Of a stretch of DNA of 64,000 nucleotides, positions 46,549 to 53,837 are shown in pieces. The translations under genes were made by a program, and so were the position numbers. The notes below the pieces were generated by a model. That model was not told the DNA's origin and searched no databases. It saw only the letters and a list, made by a program, of their open reading frames with translations. Source of the DNA: an uncultured Gammaproteobacteria bacterium (lineage in GTDB: Bacteria; Pseudomonadota; Gammaproteobacteria; Steroidobacterales; Rariloculaceae); NCBI GenBank assembly GCA_964553875.1, contig CAZKNH010000001.1, forward strand, positions 62,354 through 126,353, given 5' to 3'. Every line of letters starts with the position of its first letter. The stretch's first letter is position 1.

Positions 46549-47775
46549 CTACGCGAGGTCGTCGTGCTCCACGACGAACGTGATTCTGTTGCGTACCCCG
46601 GGGACCTTGACGGGCACGTCGTTGACGACCCGCGGCCGGTACTGGAACTGTCTGGCCGCATCGAGCGCGGCCTGCTCGAAGAGCGGCGAGCTCGATTCGA
46701 CGATGAAGAGATCCTCGACCAGCCCTTCCTCGTTCACGGTGAACTCGACGATCACATAACCCTCGAGCCCGGCCGCGGCGGCCTCCGGAGGGTATACCGG
46801 AACGGCCTTGAAGATCGGCAGATACTCATCGACCTCCGCGAGCGCGGCGCTCGACGCGCCGAGCCAGCCGCCGACGACAGGGAGCGCGATTGCAGCGAAT
46901 GCGCCGACACTCAACAGAAGCTTCTTGTGAATCGCGAGCTCTTTCATCGCTTGACTCCTCATCACGGCCGTGACCCGGCCTTTCAGATCGATGCCGCCGA
47001 CGCCGGCCGCGCACTTGAGCGGCGAAGCGGCGCGGAGCTCGGCGACGCCGAGGATGGCTTCGGCGTAGGTGCGCCGATCGTGCCCGGCTGCGACGACGGC
47101 TTCGTCACACGCGCGCTCGCGCTCCTCGACGAGCCGGGCGCCGATCCACCAGACGAGCGGGCAGAACCAGAAGAGCGCCTCGATGAGCATGTGCAGCGCG
47201 CCGGTCAGGTTGTCACGGCGCCGCCAATGGCATACCTCGTGCGCGATCACGGCTTCGAGCTGCGCCGGCGAGAGCCGCGTCTCGACGTCCGTCGGTAAGA
47301 GCAGCACGGGCCGCCTGATTCCGACGAGCGCCGGTTCGATGCGAGCGTTCGAGTATCTGACCGGAAGCGCGGCGCCCGGCGCCTGCGGCGCGGGCGTTGC
47401 GCGATCGACGAGCGCGGCGAGCCTTCGAATGCGCAGCACGGACTGCAGCAGAACGAGCGCCGCGCCGGCGAGCCAGACCGCGACGAGCGCGTTCGCGATC
47501 GCGGGCGGGAGCCCGCCCGCCGGGATCGGTGCCGCGAGGCGCTCGAGCGGGATCGGGCCGGCGGTGATCTCGAGGATCGGGCGCTCGAGAGCGGGCGCCA
47601 ACGCCGCACCGAGGGCTGCGAGCGCGGCGAACGGCACGAGAAACTTGAGCGACGCCGCGAGCCAGAGCGCGTACCGGATCCGCGCCGCATCGTTCTCGAG
47701 CAGCCGCGCGGCGAGTGCGACCGCGAGCGCGACTATCGTGGATTGCCACAGATGGTTCACCAGGCTTGCGATCAT
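46549..47775 (-). CDS. M56 (BlaR1/MecR1-like) peptidase-domain signal transducer with TonB C-terminal domain
   Basis: The N-terminus MIASLVNHLWQST is typical of BlaR1-like proteins. Zinc site HEVCHWRRRDNL. The C-terminal block YPPEAAAAGLEGYVIVEFTVNEEGLVEDLFIVESS...FEQAALDAARQFQYRP is a TonB_C fold motif. Confidence 0.85.
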   Translation of the reverse strand: MIASLVNHLWQSTIVALAVALAARLLENDAARIRYALWLAASLKFLVPFAALAALGAALAPALERPILEITAGPIPLERLAAPIPAGGLPPAIANALVAVWLAGAALVLLQSVLRIRRLAALVDRATPAPQAPGAALPVRYSNARIEPALVGIRRPVLLLPTDVETRLSPAQLEAVIAHEVCHWRRRDNLTGALHMLIEALFWFCPLVWWIGARLVEERERACDEAVVAAGHDRRTYAEAILGVAELRAASPLKCAAGVGGIDLKGRVTAVMRSQAMKELAIHKKLLLSVGAFAAIALPVVGGWLGASSAALAEVDEYLPIFKAVPVYPPEAAAAGLEGYVIVEFTVNEEGLVEDLFIVESSSPLFEQAALDAARQFQYRPRVVNDVPVKVPGVRNRITFVVEHDDLA

Positions 47776-47779
47776 CGCG

Positions 47780-48175
47780 TCACTCCTTCTTGCCGAGCTC
47801 CTCGAGCGCGCGACGCGCTTCCTCGATGTCGTCGAGCGTGAGGCGGCCGGTCTCGATCAGATGCGAGATCAGAGGCTGTGGGCGGCCGCCGAAGAGGCCG
47901 AGCAGCTCGTCGACGATCGGGCGGCGGGCCGCTTCGGGCGACACGAGCGCCTCGAAAATATGCGCGTTGCCGACCTTTTTCTTGCGATGAACCGCACCCT
48001 TTGCCTCGAGGCGGTACAGGATCGTTTGCACCGTCGTGTAGGCCGGCCGGCGCTTCTCCGGGAAGCGCTCCTGCACCTCGCGGACGGATGACGGCCCGAG
48101 GCTCCAGAGTGCGTCCATGACCTCGAGCTCGAGGCGGCTCAGTCGCGGTGCCGCAGGCTTCTTTTTACTACGCAT
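47780..48175 (-). CDS. BlaI/MecI/CopY-family transcriptional repressor
   Basis: 131 aa. Motifs LSRLELEVMDALWSLGPSSVREVQERF......AYTTVQTILYRLEAKGAV. There are 4 nt between its stop and the M56 gene start. Confidence 0.9.
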   Translation of the reverse strand: MRSKKKPAAPRLSRLELEVMDALWSLGPSSVREVQERFPEKRRPAYTTVQTILYRLEAKGAVHRKKKVGNAHIFEALVSPEAARRPIVDELLGLFGGRPQPLISHLIETGRLTLDDIEEARRALEELGKKE

Positions 48176-48178
48176 GTC

Positions 48179-48189
48179 GTAGAATCTAC
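48179..48189. promoter_or_regulatory. candidate BlaI-family operator dyad
   Basis: GTAGA-A-TCTAC is a perfect palindrome 4 nt upstream of the blaI-like ATG. It is flanked by further CTAC/GTAG motifs (ACTACgcatgtcGTAG ... CTACtatacgcgtCTAC) within the 51 bp divergent intergenic region. Confidence 0.3.
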
Positions 48190-48226
48190 TATACGCGTCT
48201 ACGCCCTGCAAGGGTCGGCATTCCAA

Positions 48227-49300
48227 ATGCCGCGCCGGTATGATCGACGCCCGTTTCTGGTCTCGGTGTCGTCGCCATTGAACAAAACGCCGCTCGTGTC
48301 CGTGGTGATGCCCGCATTCAATGCGGCCGCGACGGTTCGCCGCGCCGTTCGCTCGGTGCTCGCGCAGACGTATCGCGACTTCGAGCTGATCGTCGTCGAC
48401 GACGGCTCGACGGACGCGACGGCAGCCGAGGTGCACGCCGCGGCAAACGGCGACGAGCGCGTGCGAGTGCTCGAGCTTCGGCACGGCGGGATCGTCCGGG
48501 CGTTGAACGAAGGCATCGGCGCGGCACGCGGCGAGCTGATCGCGCGGATGGACGCGGACGACGAGATGCGCCCGCACCGCCTCGAGGCGCAGGTCGCGCT
48601 GCTCGCCGAGCGTCCCGACGTCGGTGTCGTCGGATGCCTCGTCGAGTTCGGCGGCGACCGCGAAGACGCGTGCGGCTATGCGCTGCACGTCGACTGGCTG
48701 AACTCGCTGCGCGAGCCCGACGAGATCGCGCTTCACCGCTTCGTCGAGTCGCCGGTCGCGCATCCGAGCGTCACGTTCCGCCGAGAGCTGGTCGACCGGC
48801 TCGGCGGCTATCTCGACTCGGACGAGCCAGAGGACTACGAGCTGTGGCTCCGCTGGATGGACGCGGGTGTCCGCTTCGCGAAAGTGCCGGAGGTGCTGCT
48901 CCGCTGGAACGATTCGCCGACGCGGATGTCGCGTACTTCCGTGCGCTATGCACGCGACGCGTTCTACGCGTGCAAGGGCCGCTATCTCGCGCGGTTCGTG
49001 CGCCGTCATGCGGGCCCAACGCGCCGAGTGTGGCTCTGGGGCGCCGGCCGCACGACGCGGAAGCGCTTTGCCGCGCTCGAGAGCGCGGGCATCGAGCTCG
49101 CGGGCTACATCGATATCGACGCGGCGAAGATCGGCCAGCGCATCGGCGGCCGACCCGTACGGTCGCCGGACGATCTGCCTTCGCCGGACGAATCCTTCGT
49201 GATCGGCGGCGTCGGCGTCCGCGGCGCGCGCGAGGAGATCCGCGCGCGCCTCGAGGCGCGAGGGTTCAGGCTGGGGGCGGACTTCGTGCCGGCGGCGTAA
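48227..49300 (+). CDS. family-2 glycosyltransferase fused to a C-terminal Rossmann-like (PglD/NeuD N-domain-like) module
   Basis: GT2 motifs VSVVMPAFNAA, IVVDDGSTD and ARMDADD. The C-terminus is VWLWGAGRTTRKRF...GIELAGYIDIDAAKIGQRIGGRPV. The true start may be the downstream TTG at 48278. Confidence 0.8.
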   Translation: MPRRYDRRPFLVSVSSPLNKTPLVSVVMPAFNAAATVRRAVRSVLAQTYRDFELIVVDDGSTDATAAEVHAAANGDERVRVLELRHGGIVRALNEGIGAARGELIARMDADDEMRPHRLEAQVALLAERPDVGVVGCLVEFGGDREDACGYALHVDWLNSLREPDEIALHRFVESPVAHPSVTFRRELVDRLGGYLDSDEPEDYELWLRWMDAGVRFAKVPEVLLRWNDSPTRMSRTSVRYARDAFYACKGRYLARFVRRHAGPTRRVWLWGAGRTTRKRFAALESAGIELAGYIDIDAAKIGQRIGGRPVRSPDDLPSPDESFVIGGVGVRGAREEIRARLEARGFRLGADFVPAA

Positions 49301-49408
49301 GCGCCGCGGAGCCGCGATTTGACAGTCCTCGTACTATCGCCGACGATACCCGCTACACTTGCCGACGGTTAAGGGCATGTTTTGCATGGTTTTCTCGACG
49401 CGTCGGGC

Positions 49409-49431
49409 ACGCTTTTCCACGCGAAAAGCGT
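49409..49431. repeat. perfect 9 bp stem hairpin in a long intergenic region
   Basis: ACGCTTTTC-cacgc-GAAAAGCGT, flanked by direct TCGACGCG repeats (49395-49402 and 49432-49439) and the palindrome CGACGCGTCG. Confidence 0.4.
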
Positions 49432-49683
49432 TCGACGCGGTATGTTTGCGCAGCCGTCCGCGCCGCGCCGGTAGACGGCTCGGCCGAGCTTAGCCCCGGG
49501 GCGGCGACGCGCGCGTCCGACCTCCCCGGGGCACTGATCCTCGGGACGGCCGATCTCTCGATCCCACTCCAAGGCCCGCCGAGCCCGCCAAACGACATCG
49601 AACGGTCGCCTGCGGCGCGGTTCGGCGTCCGTCCGGACTGGCCGTCCCTCGTGCAGGAACAGCAACAGCAGGAGGGCTTTCGT

Positions 49684-50469
49684 ATGGTAGCCAGGCAGGA
49701 TTCGCCGCCGCGCGATATCGAGCGCGGATACCCGGTAGGGCACGTATCGCTTGCCATCGAAGAGCGCCGCATCGAGAAGTTTCTCGCGACGCTCGCGCAC
49801 GAGTTCAGGAATCCGTTGTCGTGCCTGCAGACGGCGATGGATCTCGTCGAGGCGCTGCTGCCCGACGACCAGAGAGCACGCGAGCTTCGGGGAATGATTC
49901 GTCGGCAGCTGAATCACCTGACCCGTCTCGTCGAGGATCTGTCGGATGCGTCGAGCATCCTCGAGGGGAGGGTCGTGCTGAAGACCGAGCGGCTCGACTT
50001 GCGTCAGGTGGTGTTCGATGCGGTCGAAGTGGTCGCGCCGCTGATGACCGAGCGGCAGCATCTGCTCGCATCGATGGTCCCCGAGCGCCCGCTCTACATG
50101 AAGGGCGATGGGATGCGGCTCACTCAGCTCGTCGTGAACCTGCTGACGAACGCGGCGAAGTTCACGCCGGTCGGCGGGCGCATCGAGCTTCGCGTCGAGA
50201 CCGAGGGCGAGCGGGCGGTGATCGTCGTCCGCGACAACGGCATCGGCATCGATCCGGCGATGCTGCCGCGGCTGTTCGACCGCCTCGTGCAGGCGGGACC
50301 GCCCGGTGCGGGCAGCATGGGGCTAGGGCTTCCGCTCGTCCGGCAGATCGCGGAGCTTCACGGCGGGTCGGTCGCCGCGCGAAGCGACGGCATCGGCAAG
50401 GGGAGCGAGTTCGTCGTTCGTCTGCCGCTCCGTGACTCGCCGAAAGCGCGGCTCCGCGCGAGTCACTGA
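49684..50469 (+). CDS. sensor-less histidine kinase core (HisKA + HATPase_c)
   Basis: GGAGGG Shine-Dalgarno 8 nt upstream of the ATG. H-box LAHEFRNPL, N-box LLTNAAKFT, G1 DNGIGI and G2 GLGLPLV. Only about 30 residues precede the H-box region. Confidence 0.8.
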   Translation: MVARQDSPPRDIERGYPVGHVSLAIEERRIEKFLATLAHEFRNPLSCLQTAMDLVEALLPDDQRARELRGMIRRQLNHLTRLVEDLSDASSILEGRVVLKTERLDLRQVVFDAVEVVAPLMTERQHLLASMVPERPLYMKGDGMRLTQLVVNLLTNAAKFTPVGGRIELRVETEGERAVIVVRDNGIGIDPAMLPRLFDRLVQAGPPGAGSMGLGLPLVRQIAELHGGSVAARSDGIGKGSEFVVRLPLRDSPKARLRASH

Positions 50470-50487
50470 GGTCGCGCAGCGCCGCCC

Positions 50488-51393
50488 CTAGTTTGGACGC
50501 GCTTCGGCGCCGCGCGCCTCGGATCGGCGCGTGCGCGGCGCGCGGAAGAACCGCGAACGCACGACGACGTGGCGGCGCAACCGTGCCGCGAGCGGCTTGC
50601 GCCGTACGACCGCGACGACGCTCGCCGTCGCGGTAACGGCCGTGACCGAGGGCCGCCACGCGACGAGCGACAGCTTCCCCGTCCGATCCTCGACGAGCGC
50701 GGTGCAGCTCTCGACCCAGTCGCCGTCGTTGCAGTAGAGAAGGCCGTCGACGGCCGTAAGCTCTGCCTTGTGGATGTGCCCGCAGACGACGCCGTCGACG
50801 CCGGCGTCGCGCGCCGCGTGCACGGTCGCCTGCTGGAAGCGCTCGACGTAGCGGCGAACGAAGCCGAAGCGCGATTTCACGTGCTGCGCGAGGGACCAGT
50901 ACGGGCGGCCGCTCATGTCGTGCAGCCAGTGCACGAAGCGGTTGAGCTCCAACAGCGCGCGGCACGCGTGTGCGCCGATGCGCACGCCGAGCCCGGTGCC
51001 GCGGACGATGCAGTCGAACCGGTCGCCGTGCAGCACGAGCAGCCGACGGCCGTCGGCCGTCGTGTGGATCTTCTCCGATGCAAGCTCGATGTTGCCGAGC
51101 AGCGCCCCGGCGAAGCGGCGGATGTCGTGGTCGTGGTTGCCCGGAATGTAGATTACGCGCGTGCCGTCGAAGCTCTTCTGCAAAATCGTTCGCAAGACCT
51201 CGTTATGGCTCTCCGGCCAATAGAAGTCGTGGCGCAGGCTCTCGAGATCGATGATGTCGCCGACGAGATACAGCACGTCGCAACGCGTGCGACGCAAAAA
51301 GTCGAGCAGCAGCGACGCGCGGCACGAGCGCGATCCGAGGTGCACGTCCGATATCCACACGGTTCGCAGCGCATCCATGTGCATGGAGCTCAT
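50488..51393 (-). CDS. LpxH-like metallophosphoesterase (UDP-2,3-diacylglucosamine diphosphatase family)
   Basis: Start trimmed to MSSMHMD. Motifs ISDVHLG, YLVGDIID, GNHD and CGHIH. Confidence 0.8.
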   Translation of the reverse strand: MSSMHMDALRTVWISDVHLGSRSCRASLLLDFLRRTRCDVLYLVGDIIDLESLRHDFYWPESHNEVLRTILQKSFDGTRVIYIPGNHDHDIRRFAGALLGNIELASEKIHTTADGRRLLVLHGDRFDCIVRGTGLGVRIGAHACRALLELNRFVHWLHDMSGRPYWSLAQHVKSRFGFVRRYVERFQQATVHAARDAGVDGVVCGHIHKAELTAVDGLLYCNDGDWVESCTALVEDRTGKLSLVAWRPSVTAVTATASVVAVVRRKPLAARLRRHVVVRSRFFRAPRTRRSEARGAEARPN

Positions 51394-51527
51394 CGGCTCG
51401 AGGTTCCTCGTTCCTGGCGGGCGCGAAAGGTTTACAGATTTGCCCGCACCAAACGCGGACGCGCGTCCCAAATCGGAGCGCGCGATGGTACACGTCTTTG
51501 CGCGTCGGGGCAGCCCTCGAGCGCCGC

Positions 51528-52010
51528 TCAGCCGCAAAATCGCAGCGCCGCATGCGTCTCGCCGGCGACATAGCTCGCCCACGTGCGCAGCGTCGCGAGC
51601 GCGGTCTCGGTGCCGATCCGTCCGAGCAACTCGACGGCTGCGGCTCTGACGTTCACGGTGCTGTCGTCGAGGCGCGCCGTCGCGAGCGGCTCGAGCCGTT
51701 CGGGCGGCACGCCCGTGAGGATCGCAGTTGCGGTTTCGCGCACGGTCTTCGCGCCGTGACCGGCATGCTCGAACACGAGGTCGAGAAACGGCGGGTGCGC
51801 GGCGAGACCGAGATCTGACAGTTCGCGAATCAACCTCGCGCACCCCTTGGCGCCGATGCGCCTGCTCGCGGCGATGAAAGCGTCCGGCTGCTTGCACCGC
51901 GTGGGCGTCAGGCACGCGGCAGCCGCATGATATCGGCGAAGCCCGCCCCGGGGAGCTTCCCGCGACGACGCCGCGCACAAAGTGTGACCACGGTCGCACG
52001 GCGCGGGCAC
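51528..52010 (-). CDS. HEAT-repeat-like hypothetical protein (possibly a fragment)
   Basis: GC3-rich frame. The segments DSTVNVRAAAVELLGRIGTETALATL and AKTVRETATAILTGV resemble HEAT/PBS-lyase repeats. The start is uncertain. Confidence 0.4.
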   Translation of the reverse strand: MPAPCDRGHTLCAASSREAPRGGLRRYHAAAACLTPTRCKQPDAFIAASRRIGAKGCARLIRELSDLGLAAHPPFLDLVFEHAGHGAKTVRETATAILTGVPPERLEPLATARLDDSTVNVRAAAVELLGRIGTETALATLRTWASYVAGETHAALRFCG

Positions 52011-52179
52011 CGGAGCGAGGCAACCGTCGCGTTCGACGCTCGCGATCCCGGTCGCGTCGTCAGATCGTAATGCCTTGTCGAATCGAGAAAATTTCCGTCA
52101 ACGGACGGTTTCTGCGATGCAGGCACGCCGCTTGCATCGTGCCGCGCGGTGCATCCACCTGATCGAACCGACTGTGGCG

Positions 52180-52725
52180 ATGGCGGAGCAGGCGGGACTG
52201 ATTTCGGATTCGACATGTGTTCGCGTCGCGGACGTGATTCGCGAACACCACGACGCACTGATCAGGTTCCTGAGGCGTCGACTCAGCATCGCCGAGGACG
52301 CGTATGACATCGCGCAGGAGACCTACATCCGCATGATGAAGTACGAGGGATCGAGCGAGATCAAGTCTCCGTCCGCGATGCTTTACAGGATCGCCGTCAA
52401 CGTCGCGAACGATCACGGGAGGGCGGCGTTGTCGCGCTTGTCGAGCAGTCACTCGCCGATCGACGACTTCGAGCTCGAGTCGGAGCTGCCGTCCGCGGAG
52501 CGCAACGTCACCGGGCGCCAGGACCTCGAGTTGCTGCTCCATGCGATAGAGGAGCTGCCGCCGAAGTGCAAGCAGGTGTTTCTGTTGAGCCGTGTGAACG
52601 GCATGACCTATCCCGAGATCGCGCGACACTGCGGGATCTCGGTGAAGATGGTCGAGAAGCAGATCAGCCGCGCGCTCGCGCATTGCATGAAGAGGGTAGG
52701 GGGAGAGGACGGCGATACGTCCTAG
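52180..52725 (+). CDS. ECF (FecI-like) RNA polymerase sigma-70 factor
   Basis: Region 2 is DAYDIAQETYIRMM. Region 4 is LPPKCKQVFLLSRVNGMTYPEIARHCGISVKMVEKQISRAL. The start may be further upstream (ORF opens at 52075). Confidence 0.85.
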   Translation: MAEQAGLISDSTCVRVADVIREHHDALIRFLRRRLSIAEDAYDIAQETYIRMMKYEGSSEIKSPSAMLYRIAVNVANDHGRAALSRLSSSHSPIDDFELESELPSAERNVTGRQDLELLLHAIEELPPKCKQVFLLSRVNGMTYPEIARHCGISVKMVEKQISRALAHCMKRVGGEDGDTS

Positions 52726-52730
52726 AGGCG

Positions 52731-53720
52731 ATGGAACCAGATTCGTCACATCAAGCCGCCCTCGACCAGGCGGCTCGTTGGCATGCGCGGCTCGAGGCCC
52801 CGGACTGCACGGCGGAGGAGCGCGAGGCGTTCGCCGCGTGGCTCGGGAGCGGCACGAATCGCGAGGCGTGGCGGAGGGCCGAGCGAATCTGCGCGCTGCT
52901 CGCGAGTGCCGCAGCGTCCGATCCGCGGCTGCGCGCGATGGTCGATCAAGCGAACGCGCGCCGCGGCGGTCCGCGCGCCGAGCGTAAGCGCGCGTGGTGG
53001 GTGCCGGCGAGCCTCGCTGCCGGTATTGCCGCGGTCGCTCTCGTGCTCGGGTTCGGCGTCGCCGACGTGGGCGACGCTCCCCTCCAGTACGCTTCGGCAG
53101 CGGCTCGGCAGGAGCTCACGCTGCCGGACGGCACGAACGTGATCCTCGACGTGCGTACCGAGATCGACGTCGAGCTTGGCGCGTCGATGCGCGAGGTGCA
53201 CCTGCGTCGCGGGCGCGCGCTGTTCGACGTCGCGCACGACGCCGAAAGGCCCTTCGTCGTCAGCGTCGGGAGCGGCCGTGTGACGGCGCTCGGCACGGTG
53301 TTCCAGGTCCACAAGCGAAGTGCTCACGACATCGTCGTCACGCTCGCGGAGGGCGCGGTCGAGGTCGAGTCGAATGTGCGCGGACGCACGCAGCGCGAGC
53401 GCCTCGCGCCGGGCGACGAGCTCCGTATGTCCGACGATCCCGGCGCGTGGCGCAAGCTAAGGGTCGACGCCAAAGCGGCGACCAGCTGGTCCGACGGCCG
53501 GCACGTCTTCAGGGACAGTCCGCTCGTCGAAGCGGTGGAAGAAGTGAATCGTTATGCGACGCGGCGCGTCGTGATCGCAGACCCGAGCCTCGCGGAGCTG
53601 ACCGTTAGCGGAAGCTTCGTCGCCGGCGACAGCGCGTCGATCGTCGCGGCATTCGCGGCGGTGCTGCCGATCAAGATCGCGGAGAGCGGCGACGAGCTGC
53701 TGCTGTTTCGCCGCCGATGA
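52731..53720 (+). CDS. FecR-family anti-sigma / sigma regulator
   Basis: The pattern AARWHARL......EREAFAAWL, one TM, and the periplasmic FecR domain LPDGTNVILD......V........L.RGRALFDVAHD..RPFVV..G...V.ALGT.F. Confidence 0.85.
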   Translation: MEPDSSHQAALDQAARWHARLEAPDCTAEEREAFAAWLGSGTNREAWRRAERICALLASAAASDPRLRAMVDQANARRGGPRAERKRAWWVPASLAAGIAAVALVLGFGVADVGDAPLQYASAAARQELTLPDGTNVILDVRTEIDVELGASMREVHLRRGRALFDVAHDAERPFVVSVGSGRVTALGTVFQVHKRSAHDIVVTLAEGAVEVESNVRGRTQRERLAPGDELRMSDDPGAWRKLRVDAKAATSWSDGRHVFRDSPLVEAVEEVNRYATRRVVIADPSLAELTVSGSFVAGDSASIVAAFAAVLPIKIAESGDELLLFRRR

Positions 53721-53837
53721 ACGACCGCGATGCGACGCGGCGGCGATCGCGGCACGGCTCGCGCCGTCTGCGTCGATGCGCAGAGCGACGCGGCGTCCCC
53801 GCGCTGCAGCTCTGCGCCGGAGCGGCAGTTTTCGGAG

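Noticed and set aside
18711-48175. A functional link between the OXA-like beta-lactamase and the BlaI/BlaR1-like pair.
   Set aside because: They are about 27 kb apart, separated by unrelated housekeeping-type genes. The BlaR1-like protein lacks a penicillin-binding sensor domain and carries a TonB_C domain instead.
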